From the human T2T-CHM13v2.0 reference genome, Homo sapiens, in the NCBI RefSeq assembly GCF_009914755.1, contig NC_060933.1: DNA of 64,000 nt; one strand, 5' to 3'. Positions 25,001 to 38,892 of the stretch are shown in pieces. Made by a program: the position numbers and the translations under genes. Every line of letters begins with the position of its first letter. Position 1 is the stretch's first letter. Below the pieces are notes generated by a model that saw only the letters and a program-made list of their open reading frames with translations, had not been told where the DNA came from and did not search any database.

Positions 25001-27703
25001 TGATACCTTTGAGGATTTCATTGGACACGGGATATCTTCATATAAAATCTAGACAGAAGCATTCTCAGAAACTTCTTTGTGCTGTATGTCCTCAATTAAC
25101 AGAGTTGAACCTTTGTGTGGATATAGCATTTTGGAAACATTCCTTTAGTAGAATCTGCAAGTTGATATTTAGATAGCTAGGAAGATTTCCTTAGAAACGG
25201 GAATATCTTCATATAAAATCTAGACGGAAGCATTCTCAGAAAGTGCTTTGTGATGTTTGCATTCAAGTCACAGAGTTGAATATTCCCTTTTATAGAGCAG
25301 GTTTGAAACACTCTTTCTGCACTACCTGGAAGTGGACATTTGGAGCGCTTTGAGGCCTATGTTGAAAAACGAAATATCTTCCCATAAAAACTAGACAGAA
25401 GCATTCTCAGAAACTTGTTTGTGATGTGTGTATTCAACTAACAGAGATGAACCTTTCTTTTTACAGAGCAGTTTTGAAACACTCTTTTTGTGGAATCTGA
25501 AAGTGGATATTTGGATAGCTTTGAGGATTTCGTTGGAAACGGGATTACATATAAAACCTAGAGAGAAGCATTCTCAGGAACTTCTTTGTGATGTTTGCCT
25601 TCAAGTCACAGGACTGAACATTCCCTTTCATAGAGCAGGTTTGAAACACTCTTTCTGTAGTATCTGCAAGCTGACGTTTCAAGCGCTTTCAGGCCTATGG
25701 TGAGAAAGGAAATATCTTCAAGTAAAAACTAGACAGAAGCATTCTCAGAAACTTATTTGCCATGTGTGTTCTCAACTAACAGAGTTGAACCTTTGTTTTG
25801 ATACGGCATTTTGGAAACACTCTTTTTGTAGAATCTGCAGGTGGATATTCGGATAGCTTTGAAGGTTTCGTTGGAAACGGGAATATCTTCATATAAAATC
25901 TTGACGGAAGCATTCTCAGAAACTGCTTTGTGATGTTTTCATTCAAGTCACAGAGTAGAATCTTCCCTGTTATATACCAGGTTTGAGACACTCTTTCTGC
26001 ACTACCTGGAAGTGGACATTTGCAGCGCTTTGAGGCCTATGATGAAAAAGGAAATATCTTCCCATAAAAACTAGACAGAAGCATTCTCAGAAACTTGTTT
26101 GTGATGTGTGTATTCAACTAACAGAGATGAACCTTTCTTTTTACAGAGCAGTTTTGAAACACTCTTTTTGTGGAATCTGAAAGTGGATATTTGGATAGCT
26201 TTGAGGATTTCGTTGGAAACGGGATTAAATATAAAATCTAGAGAGAAGCATTCTCAGGAACTTCTTTGTGATGTTTGCATTCACGTCACAGAACTGAACA
26301 TTCCCTTTCATAGAGCATGTTTGAAACACTCTTTCTGTAGTATCTACAAACGGACATTTCAAACGCTTTCAGGCCTATGGTGAGAAAGGAAATATCTTCA
26401 AATAAAAACTAGACAGAAGCATTCTCAGAAACTTATTTGCGATGTGTGTCCTCAACTAACAGAGTTGAACCTTTCTTTTGATACAACATTTTGGAAACAC
26501 TCTTTTTGTAGAATCTGCAAGTGGATATTTGAATAGCTTTGAAGGTTTCGTTGGAAACGGGAATATCTTCATATAAAATCAAGACAGAAGCATTCTCAGA
26601 AACTTCTCTGTGATGTTTGCATTCAACTCATAGAGTTGAACACTTCCCTTCATACAGCAGGTTTGAAACACTCTTTTTGTAACATTTGGAAGTGGACATT
26701 TGCAGCGCTTTGAGGCCTATGTTGAAAAAGGAAATATCTTCTCCTAAAAACCAGACAGAAGCATTCTCAGAAACTTCCTTGTGATGTGTGTACTCAAGTA
26801 ACAGAGTTGAACCTTCCTTTTGACAGAGCAGTTTTGAAGCACTCTTTTTGTAGAATCTGCAAGTGGATATTTTGATACCTTTGAGGATTTCGTTGGACAC
26901 GGGATATCTTCATATAAAATCTAGACAGAAGCATTCTCAGAAACTTCTTTGTGCTGTATGTCCTCAATTAACAGAGTTGAACCTTTGTGTGGATACAGCA
27001 TTTTGGAAACATTCCTTTAGTAGAATCTGCAAGTTGATATTTAGATAGCTAGGAAGATTTCCTTGGAAACGGGAATATCTTCATATAAAATCTAGACGCA
27101 AGCATTCTCAGAAAGTGCTTTGTGATGTTTGCATTCAAGTCACAGAGTTGAATATTCCCTTTTATAGAGCAGGTTTGAAACACTCTTTCTGCACTACCTG
27201 GAAGTGGACATTTGGAGCGCTTTGAGGCCTATGTTGAAAAAGGAAATATCTTCCCATAAAAACTAGACAGAAGCATTCTCAGAAACTTGTTTGTGATGTG
27301 TGTATTCAACTAACAGAGATGAACCTTTCTTTTTACAGAGCAGTTTTGAAACACTCTTTTTGTGGAATCTGAAAGTGGATATTTGGATAGCTTTGAGGAT
27401 TTCGTTGGAAACGGGATTACATATAAAACCTAGAGAGAAACATTCTCAGGAACTTCTTTGTGATGTTTGCCTTCAAGTCACAGGACTGAACATTCCCTTT
27501 CATAGAGCAGGTTTGAAACACTCTTTCTGTAGTATCTGCAAGCTGACGTTTCAAGCGCTTTCAGGCCTATGGTGAGAAAGGAAATATCTTCAAGTAAAAA
27601 CTAGACAGAAGCATTCTCAGAAACTTATTTGCCATGTGTGTTCTCAACTAACAGAGTTGAACCTTTGTTTTGATACGGCATTTTGGAAACACTCTTTTTG
27701 TAG

Positions 27704-27811
27704 AATCTGCAGGTGGATATTCGGATAGCTTTGAAGGTTTCGTTGGAAACGGGAATAAATCTGCAGGTGGATATTCGGATAGCTTTGAAGGTTTCGTTGG
27801 AAACGGGAATA
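27704..27811 (+). repeat. 2 x 54-bp duplication with twin CENP-B boxes (second occurrence)
   Basis: Same junction GGGAATAAATCTGC; offset 20301. Confidence 0.97.
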
Positions 27812-30557
27812 TCATCATATAAAATCTTGACGGAAGCATTCTCAGAAACTGCTTTGTGATGTTTTCATTCAAGTCACAGAGTAGAATCTTCCCTGTTATA
27901 TACCAGGTTTCAGACACTCTTTCTGCACTACCTGGAAGTGGACATTTGCAGCGCTTTGAGGCCTATGATGAAAAAGGAAATATCTTCCCATAAAAACTAG
28001 ACAGAAGCATTCTCAGAAACTTGTTTGTGATGTGTGTATTCAACTAACAGAGATGAACCTTTCTTTTTACAGAGCAGTTTTGAAACACTCTTTTTGTGGA
28101 ATCTGAAAGTGGATATTTGGATAGCTTTGAGGATTTCGTTGGAAACGGGATTACATATAAAATCTAGAGAGAAGCATTCTCAGGAACTTCTTTGTGATGT
28201 TTGCATTCACGTCACAGAACTGAACATTCCCTTTCATAGAGCATGTTTGAAACACTCTTTCTGTAGTATCTGCAAACGGACATTTCAAACGCTTTCAGGC
28301 CTATGGTGAGAAAGGAAATATCTTCAAATAAAAACTAGACAGAAGCATTCTCAGAAACTTATTTGCGATGTGTGTCCTCAACTAACAGAGTTGAACCTTT
28401 CTTTTGATACAACATTTTGGAAACACTCTTTTTGTGGAATCTGCAAGTGGATATTTGGATAGCTTTGAAGGTTTCGTTGGAAACGGGAATATCTTCATAT
28501 AAAATCAAGACAGAAGCATTCTCAGAAACTTCTCTGTGATGTTTGCATTCAACTCATAGAGTTGAACACTTCCCTTCATACAGCAGGTTTGAAACACTCT
28601 TTTTCTAATATTTGGAAGTGGACTTTTGCAGCTCTTTGAGGCCTATGATGAAAAAGGTAATATCTTCCCATAAAAACTAGAAAGAAGCATTCTCAGAAAC
28701 TTGTTTGTGATGTGTGTATTCAACTAACAGAGATGAACCTTTCTTTTTACAGAGCAGTTTTGAAGCACTCTTTTTGTAGAATCTGCAAGTGGATATTTTG
28801 ATACCATTGAGGATTTCGTTGGACACGGGATATCTTCATATAAAATCTAGACAGAAGCATTCTCAGAAACTTCTTTGTGCTGTATGTCCTCAATTAACAG
28901 AGTTGAACCTTTGTGTGGATACAGCATTTTGGAAACATTCCTTTAGTAGAATCTGCAAGTTGATATTTAGATAGCTAGGAAGAGTTCCCTGGAAACGGGA
29001 ATATCTTCATATAAAATCTAGACGGAAGCATTCTCAGAAAGTGCTTTGTGATGTTTGCATTCAAGTCACAGAGTTGAATGTTCCCTTTTATAGAGCAGGT
29101 TTGAAACACTCTTTCTGCACTACCTGGAAGTGGACATTTGGAGCGCTTTGAGGCCTATGTTGAAAAAGGAAATATCTTCCCATAAAAACTAGACAGAAGC
29201 ATTCTCAGAAACTTGTTTGTGATGTGTGTATTCAACTAACAGAGATGAACCTTTCTTTTTACAGAGCAGTTTTGAAACACTCTTTTTGTGGAATCTGAAA
29301 GTGGATATTTGGATAGCTTTGAGGATTTCGTTGGAAACGGGATTACATATAAAACCTAGAGAGAAGCATTCTCAGGAACTTCTTTGTGATGTTTGCATTC
29401 AAGTCACAGAACTGAACATTCCCTTTCATAGAGCAGGTTTGAAACACTCTTTCGGTAGTATCTGCAAGCTGACGTTTCAAGCGCTTTCAGGCCTATGGTG
29501 AGAAAGGAAATATCTTCAAGTAAAAACTAGACAGAAGCATTCTCAGAAACTTATTTGCGATGTGTGTTCTCAACTAACAGAGTTGAACCTTTGTTTTGAT
29601 ATGGCATTTTGGAAACACTCTTTTTGTAGAATCTGCAGGTGGATATTCGGATAGCTTTGAAGGTTTCGTTGGAAACGGGAATATCTTCATATAAAATCTA
29701 GACGGAAGCATTCTCAGAAACTGCTTTGTGATGTTTTCATTCAAGTCACAGAGTAGAATGTTCCCTGTTATATACCAGGTTTGAGACACTCTTTCTGCAC
29801 TACCTGGAAGTGGACATTTGCAGCGCTTTGAGGCCTATGATGAAAAAGGAAATATCTTCCCATAAAAACTAGACAGAAGCATTCTCAGAAACTTGTTTGT
29901 GATGTGTGTATTCAACTAACAGAGATGAACCTTTCTTTTTACAGAGCAGTTTTGAAACACTCTTTTTGTGGAATCTGAAAGTGGATATTTGGATAGCTTT
30001 GAGGATTTCGTTGGAAACGGGATTACATATAAAATCTAGAGAGAAGCATTCTCAGGAACTTCTTTGTGATGTTTGCATTCACGTCACAGAACTGAACATT
30101 CCCTTTCATAGAGCATGTTTGAAACACTCTTTCTGTAGTATCTACAAACGGACATTTCAAACGCTTTCAGGCCTATGGTGAGAAAGGAAATATCTTCAAA
30201 TAAAAACTAGACAGAAGCATTCTCAGAAACTTATTTGCGATGTGTGTCCTCAACTAACAGAGTTGAACCTTTCTTTTGATACAACATTTTGGAAACACTC
30301 TTTTTGTAGAATCTGCAAGTGGATATTTGAATAGCTTTGAAGGTTTCGTTGGAAACGGGAATATCTTCATATAAAATCAAGACAGAAGCATTCTCAGAAA
30401 CTTCTCTGTGATGTTTGCATTCAACTCATAGAGTTGAACACTTCCCTTCATACAGCAGGTTTGAAACACTCTTTTTGTAACATTTGGAAGTGGACATTTG
30501 CAGCGCTTTGAGGCCTATGTTGAAAAAGGAAATATCTTCTCCTAAAAACCAGACAGA

Positions 30558-33500
30558 AGCATTCTCAGAAACTTCCTTGTGATGTGTGTACTCAAGTAAC
30601 AGAGTTGAACCTTCCTTTTGACAGAGCAGTTTTGAAGCACTCTTTTTGTAGAATCTGCAAGTGGATATTTTGATACCTTTGAGGATTTCGTTGGACACGG
30701 GATATCTTCATATAAAATCTAGACAGAAGCATTCTCAGAAACTTCTTTGTGCTGTATGTCCTCAATTAACAGAGTTGAACCTTTGTGTGGATACAGCATT
30801 TTGGAAACATTCCTTTAGTAGAATCTGCAAGTTGATATTTAGATAGCTAGGAAGATTTCCTTGGAAACGGGAATATCTTCATATAAAATCTAGACGGAAG
30901 CATTCTCAGAAAGTGCTTTGTGATGTTTGCATTCAAGTCACAGAGTTGAATATTCCCTTTTATAGAGCAGGTTTGAAACACTCTTTCTGCACTACCTGGA
31001 AGTGGACATTTGGAGCGCTTTGAGGCCTATGTTGAAAAAGGAAATATCTTCCCATAAAAACTAGACAGAAGCATTCTCAGAAACTTGTTTGTGATGTGTG
31101 TATTCAACTAACAGAGATGAACCTTTCTTTTTACAGAGCAGTTTTGAAACACTCTTTTTGTGGAATCTGAAAGTGGATATTTGGATAGCTTTGAGGATTT
31201 CGTTGGAAACGGGATTACATATAAAACCTAGAGAGAAGCATTCTCAGGAACTTCTTTGTGATGTTTGCCTTCAAGTCACAGGACTGAACATTCCCTTTCA
31301 TAGAGCAGGTTTGAAACACTCTTTCTGTAGTATCTGCAAGCTGACGTTTCAAGCGCTTTCAGGCCTATGGTGAGAAAGGAAATATCTTCAAGTAAAAACT
31401 GGACAGAAGCATTCTCAGAAACTTATTTGCCATGTGTGTTCTCAACTAACAGAGTTGAACCTTTGTTTTGATACGGCATTTTGGAAACACTCTTTTTGTA
31501 GAATCTGCAGGTGGATATTCGGATAGCTTTGAAGGTTTCGTTGGAAACGGGAATATCTTCATATAAAATCTTGACGGAAGCATTCTCAGAAACTGCTTTG
31601 TGATGTTTTCATTCAAGTCACAGAGTAGAATCTTCCCTGTTATATACCAGGTTTCAGACACTCTTTCTGCACTACCTGGAAGTGGACATTTGCAGCGCTT
31701 TGAGGCCTATGATGAAAAAGGAAATATCTTCCCATAAAAACTAGACAGAAGCATTCTCAGAAACTTGTTTGTGATGTGTGTATTCAACTAACAGAGATGA
31801 ACCTTTCTTTTTACAGAGCAGTTTTGAAACACTCTTTTTGTGGAATCTGAAAGTGGATATTTGGATAGCTTTGAGGATTTCGTTGGAAACGGGATTACAT
31901 ATAAAACCTAGAGAGAAGCATTCTCAGGAACTTCTTTGTGATGTTTGCATTCAAGTCACAGAACTGAACATTCCCTTTCATAGAGCAGGTTTGAAACACT
32001 CTTTCTGTAGTATCTGCAAGCTGACGTTTCAAGCGCTTTCAGGCCTATGGTGAGAAAGGAAATATCTTCAAGTAAAAACTAGACAGAAGCATTCTCAGAA
32101 ACTTATTTGCGATGTGTGTTCTCAACTAACAGAGTTGAACCTTTGTTTTGATATGGCATTTTGGAAACACTCTTTTTGTAGAATCTGCAGGTGGATATTC
32201 GGATAGCTTTGAAGGTTTCGTTGGAAACGGGAATATCTTCATATAAAATCTAGACGGAAGCATTCTCAGAAACTGCTTTGTGATGTTTTCATTCAAGTCA
32301 CAGAGTAGAATGTTCCCTGTTATATACCAGGTTTGAGACACTCTTTCTGCACTACCTGGAAGTGGACATTTGCAGCGCTTTGAGGCCTATGATGAAAAAG
32401 GAAATATCTTCCCATAAAAACTAGACAGAAGCATTCTCAGAAACTTGTTTGTGATGTGTGTATTCAACTAACAGAGATGAACCTTTCTTTTTACAGAGCA
32501 GTTTTGAAACACTCTTTTTGTGGAATCTGAAAGTGGATATTTGGATAGCTTTGAGGATTTCGTTGGAAACGGGATTACATATAAAATCTAGAGAGAAGCA
32601 TTCTCAGGAACTTCTTTGTGATGTTTGCATTCACGTCACAGAACTGAACATTCCCTTTCATAGAGCATGTTTGAAACACTCTTTCTGTAGTATCTACAAA
32701 CGGACATTTCAAACGCTTTCAGGCCTATGGTGAGAAAGGAAATATCTTCAAATAAAAACTAGACAGAAGCATTCTCAGAAACTTATTTGCGATGTGTGTC
32801 CTCAACTAACAGAGTTGAACCTTTCTTTTGATACAACATTTTGGAAACACTCTTTTTGTAGAATCTGCAAGTGGATATTTGGATAGCTTTGAAGGTTTCG
32901 TTGGAAACGGGAATATCTTCATATAAAATCAAGACAGAAGCATTCTCAGAAACTTCTCTGTGATGTTTGCATTCAACTCATAGAGTTGAACACTTCCCTT
33001 CATACAGCAGGTTTGAAACACTCTTTTTCTAATATTTGGAAGTGGACTTTTGCAGCGCTTTGAAGCCTATGATGAAAAAGGTAATATCTTCCCATAAAAA
33101 CTAGACAGAAGCATTCTCAGAAACTTGTTTGTGATGTGTGTATTCAACTAACAGAGATGAACCTTTCTTTTTACAGAGCAGTTTTGAAACACTCTTTTTG
33201 TGGAATCTGAAAGTGGATATTTGGATAGCTTTGCGGATTTCGTTGGAAACGGGATTACATATAAAATCTAGGGAGAAGCATTCTCAGGAACTTCTTTGTG
33301 ATGTTTGCATTCAAGTCACAGAACTGAACATTCCCTTTCATAGAGCAGGTTTGAAACACTCTTTCTGTAGTATCTGCAAGCGGACGTTTTAAGCGCTTTC
33401 AGGCCTGTGGTGAGAAAGGAAATATCTTCAAATAAAAACTAGACAGAAGCATTCTCAGAAACTTATTTGCGATGTGTGTCCTCAACTAACAGAGTTGAAC

Positions 33501-33789
33501 CTTTCTTTTGATACAACATTTTGGAAACACTCTTTTTGTAGAATCTGCAAGTGGATATTTGGATAGCTTTGAAGGTTTCGTTGGAAACGGGAATATCTTC
33601 ATATGAAATCAAGACAGAAGCATTCTCAGAAACTTCTCTGTGATGTTTGCATTCAACTCATAGAGTTGAACACTTCCCTTCATACAGCAGGTTTGAAACA
33701 CTCTTTTTCTAATATTTGGAAGTGGACATTTGCAGCGCTTTGAGGCCTATGTTGAAAAAGGAAATATCTTCTCCTAAAAACCAGACAGA
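30558..33789 (+). repeat. 19-mer HOR (3232 bp), duplicate of 10257-13488
   Basis: Marker spacing 30661->33893 = 3232; offset 20301 from the first 19-mer. Confidence 0.95.
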
Positions 33790-36340
33790 AGCATTCTCAG
33801 AAACTTCCTTGTGATGTGTGTACTCAAGTAACAGAGTTGAACCTTCCTTTTGACAGAGCAGTTTTGAAGCACTCTTTTTGTAGAATCTGCAAGTGGATAT
33901 TTTGATACCTTTGAGGATTTCGTTGGACACGGGATATCCTCATATAAAATCTAGACAGAAGCATTCTCAGAAACTTCTTTGTGCTGTATGTCCTCAATTA
34001 ACAGAGTTGAACCATTGTGTGGATACAGCATTTTGGAAACATTCCTTTAGTAGAATCTGCAAGTTGATATTTAGATAGCTAGGAAGATTTCCTTGGAAAC
34101 GGGAATATCTTCATATAAAATCTAGACGGAAGCATTCTCAGAAAGTGCTTTGTGATGTCTTCATTCAAGTCACAGAGTAGAATGTTCCCTTTTATAGAGC
34201 AGGTTTGAAACACTCTTTCTGCACTACCTGGAAGTGGACATTTGGAGCACTTTGAGGCCTATGTTGAAAAAGGAAATATCTTCCCATAAAAACTAGACAG
34301 AAGCATTCTCAGAAACTTGTTTGTGATGTGTGTATTCAACTAACAGAGATGAACCTTTCTTTTTACAGAGCAGTTTTGAAACACTCTTTTTGTGGAATCT
34401 GAAAGTGGATATTTGGATAGCTTTGAGGATTTCGTTGGAAACGGGATTACATATAAAACCTAGAGAGAAGCATTCTCAGGAACTTCTTTGTGATGTTTGC
34501 CTTCAAGTCACAGGACTGAACATTCCCTTTCATAGAGCAGGTTTGAAACACTCTTTCTGTAGTATCTGCAAGCTGACGTTTCAAGCGCTTTCAAGCCTAT
34601 GGTGACAAAGGAAATATCTTCAAGTAAAAACTAGACAGAAGCATTCTCAGAAACTTATTTGCGATGTGTGTTCTCAACTAACAGAGTTGAACCTTTGTTT
34701 TGATATGGCATTTTGGAAACACTCTTTTTGTAGAATCTGCAGGTGGATATTCGGATAGCTTTGAAGGTTTCGTTGAAACGGGAATATCTTCATATAAAAT
34801 CTAGACGGAAGCATTCTCAGAAACTGCTTTGTGATGTTTTCATTCAAGTCACAGAGTAGAATGTTCCCTGTTATATACCAGGTTTGAGACACTCTTTCTG
34901 CACTACCTGGAAGTGGACGTTTGGAGCGCTTTGAGGCCTATGTTGAAAAAGGAAATATCTTCCCATAAAAACTAGACAGAAGCATTCTCAGAAACTTGTT
35001 TGTGATGTGTGTATTCAACTAACAGAGATGAACCTTTCTTTTTACAGAGCAGTTTTGAAACACTCTTTTTGTGGAATCTGAAAGTGGATATTTGGATAGC
35101 TTTGAGGATTTCGTTGGAAACGGGATTACATATAAAACCTAGAGAGAAGCATTCTCAGGAACTTCTTTGTGATGTTTGCATTCAAGTCACAGAACTCAAC
35201 ATTCCCTTTCATAGAGCAGGTTTGAAACACTCTTTCTGTAGTATCTGCAAGCTGACGTTTCAAGCGCTTTCAGGCCTATGGTGAGAAAGGAAATATCTTC
35301 AAGTAAAAACTAGACAGAAGCATTCTCAGAAACTTATTTGCGATGTGTGTTCTCAACTAACAGAGTTGAACCTTTGTTTTGATATGGCATTTTGGAAACA
35401 CTCTTTTTGTAGAATCTGCAGGTGGATATTCGGATAGCTTTGAAGGTTTCGTTGGAAACGGGAATATCTTCATATAAAATCTAGACGGAAGCATTCTCAG
35501 AAACTGCTTTGTGATGTTTTCATTCAAGTCACAGAGTAGAATGTTCCCTGTTATATACCAGGTTTGAGACACTCTTTCTGCACTACCTGGAAGTGGACAT
35601 TTGCAGCGCTTTGAGGCCTATGATGAAAAAGGAAATATCTTCCCATAAAAACTAGACAGAAGCATTCTCAGAAACTTGTTTGTGATGTGTGTATTCAACT
35701 AACAGAGATGAACCTTTCTTTTTACAGAGCAGTTTTGAAACACTCTTTTTGTGGAATCTGAAAGTGGATATTTGGATAGCTTTGAGGATTTCGTTGGAAA
35801 CGGGATTACATATAAAATCTAGAGAGAAGCATTCTCAGGAACTTCTTTGTGATGTTTGCATTCACGTCACAGAACTGAACATTCCCTTTCATAGAGCAGG
35901 TTTGAAACACTCTTTCTGTAGTATCTGCAAGCGGACGTTTTAAGCGCTTTCAGGCCTGTGGTGAGAAAGGAAATATCTTCAAATAAAAACTAGACAGAAG
36001 CATTCTCAGAAACTTATTTGCGATGTGTGTCCTCAACTAACAGAGTTGAACCTTTCTTTTGATACAACATTTTGGAAACACTCTTTTTGTAGAATCTGCA
36101 AGTGGATATTTGCATAGCTTTGAAGGTTTCGTTGGAAACGGGAATATCTTCATATAAAATCAAGACAGAAGCATTCTCAGAAACTTCTCTGTGATGTTTG
36201 CATTCAACTCATAGAGTTGAACACTTCCCTTCATACAGCAGGTTTGAAACACTCTTTTTGTAATATTTGGAAGTGGACATTTGCAGCGCTTTGAGGCCTA
36301 TGTTGAAAAAGGAAATATCTTCTCCTAAAAACCAGACAGA
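33790..36340 (+). repeat. Divergent 15-mer HOR (2551 bp), duplicate of 13489-16039
   Basis: Marker spacing 33893->36444 = 2551; same private variants at +20301. Confidence 0.9.
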
Positions 36341-38892
36341 AGCATTCTCAGAAACTTCCTTGTGATGTGTGTACTCAAGTAACAGAGTTGAACCTTCCTT
36401 TTGACAGAGCAGTTTTGAAGCACTCTTTTTGTAGAATCTGCAAGTGGATATTTTGATACCTTTGAGGATTTCATTGGACACGGGATATCTTCATATAAAA
36501 TCTAGACAGAAGCATTCTCAGAAACTTCTTTGTGCTGTATGTCCTCAATTAACAGAGTTGAACCTTTGTGTGGATACAGCATTTTGGAAACATTCCTTTA
36601 GTAGAATCTGCAAGTTGATATTTAGATAGCTAGGAAGATTTCCTTAGAAACGGGAATATCTTCATATAAAATCTAGACGGAAGCATTCTCAGAAAGTGCT
36701 TTGTGATGTTTGCATTCAAGTCACAGAGTTGAATATTCCCTTTTATAGAGCAGGTTTGAAACACTCTTTCTGCACTACCTGGAAGTGGACATTTGGAGCG
36801 CTTTGAGGCCTATGTTGAAAAACGAAATATCTTCCCATAAAAACTAGACAGAAGCATTCTCAGAAACTTGTTTGTGATGTGTGTATTCAACTAACAGAGA
36901 TGAACCTTTCTTTTTACAGAGCAGTTTTGAAACACTCTTTTTGTGGAATCTGAAAGTGGATATTTGGATAGCTTTGAGGATTTCGTTGGAAACGGGATTA
37001 CATATAAAACCTAGAGAGAAGCATTCTCAGGAACTTCTTTGTGATGTTTGCCTTCAAGTCACAGGACTGAACATTCCCTTTCATAGAGCAGGTTTGAAAC
37101 ACTCTTTCTGTAGTATCTGCAAGCTGACGTTTCAAGCGCTTTCAGGCCTATGGTGAGAAAGGAAATATCTTCAAGTAAAAACTAGACAGAAGCATTCTCA
37201 GAAACTTATTTGCCATGTGTGTTCTCAACTAACAGAGTTTAACCTTTGTTTTGATACGGCATTTTGGAAACACTCTTTTTGTAGAATCTGCAGGTGGATA
37301 TTCGGATAGCTTTGAAGGTTTCGTTGGAAACGGGAATATCTTCATATAAAATCTTGACGGAAGCATTCTCAGAAACTGCTTTGTGATGTTTTCATTCAAG
37401 TCACAGAGTAGAATCTTCCCTGTTATATACCAGGTTTCAGACACTCTTTCTGCACTACCTGGAAGTGGACATTTGCAGCGCTTTGAGGCCTATGATGAAA
37501 AAGGAAATATCTTCCCATAAAAACTAGACAGAAGCATTCTCAGAAACTTGTTTGTGATGTGTGTATTCAACTAACAGAGATGAACCTTTCTTTTTACAGA
37601 GCAGTTTTGAAACACTCTTTTTGTGGAATCTGAAAGTGGATATTTAGATAGCTTTGAGGATTTCGTTGGAAACGGGATTACATATAAAATCTAGAGAGAA
37701 GCATTCTCAGGAACTTCTTTGTGATGTTTGCATTCACGTCACAGAACTGAACATTCCCTTTCATAGAGCATGTTTGAAACACTCTTTCTGTAGTATCTGC
37801 AAACGGACATTTCAAACGCTTTCAGGCCTATGGTGAGAAAGGAAATATCTTCAAATAAAAACTAGACAGAAGCATTCTCAGAAACTTATTTGCGATGTGT
37901 GTCCTCAACTAACAGAGTTGAACCTTTCTTTTGATACAACATTTTGGAAACACTCTTTTTGTGGAATCTGCAAGTGGATATTTGGATAGCTTTGAAGGTT
38001 TCGTTGGAAACGGGAATATCTTCATATAAAATCAAGACAGAAGCATTCTCAGAAACTTCTCTGTGATGTTTGCATTCAACTCATAGAGTTGAACACTTCC
38101 CTTCATACAGCAGGTTTGAAACACTCTTTTTGTAATATTTGGAAGTGGACATTTGCAGCGCTTTGAGGCCTATGATGAAAAAGGTAATATCTTCCCATAA
38201 AAACTAGACAGAAGCATTCTCAGAAACTTGTTTGTGATGTGTGTATTCAACTAACAGAGATGAACCTTTCTTTTTACAGAGCAGTTTTGAAACACTCTTT
38301 TTGTGGAATCTGAAAGTGGATATTTGGATAGCTTTGCGGATTTCGTTGGAAACGGGATTACATATAAAATCTAGGGAGAAGCATTCTCAGGAACTTCTTT
38401 GTGATGTTTGCATTCAAGTCACAGAACTGAACATTCCCTTTCATAGAGCAGGTTTGAAACACTCTTTCTGTAGTATCTGCAAGCGGACGTTTTAAGCGCT
38501 TTCAGGCCTGTGGTGAGAAAGGAAATATCTTCAAATAAAAACTAGACAGAAGCATTCTCAGAAACTTATTTGCGATGTGTGTCCTCAACTAACAGAGTTG
38601 AACCTTTCTTTTGATACAACATTTTGGAAACACTCTTTTTGTAGAATCTGCAAGTGGATATTTGGATAGCTTTGAAGGTTTCGTTGTAAACGGGAATATC
38701 TTCATATGAAATCAAGACAGAAGCATTCTCAGAAACTTCTCTGTGATGTTTGCATTCAACTCATAGAGTTGAACACTTCCCTTCATACAGCAGGTTTGAA
38801 ACACTCTTTTTCTAATATTTGGAAGTGGACATTTGCAGCGCTTTGAGGCCTATGTTGAAAAAGGAAATATCTTCTCCTAAAAACCAGACAGA

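Larger units (their letters stand above)
5662..25962 (+). repeat. Large tandem duplication, copy 1 (20301 bp)
   Basis: HOR order and rare variants recur at +20301 (6562->26863, 13592->33893, 18695->38996), then at +19621 after a 680-bp loss. Confidence 0.9.
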
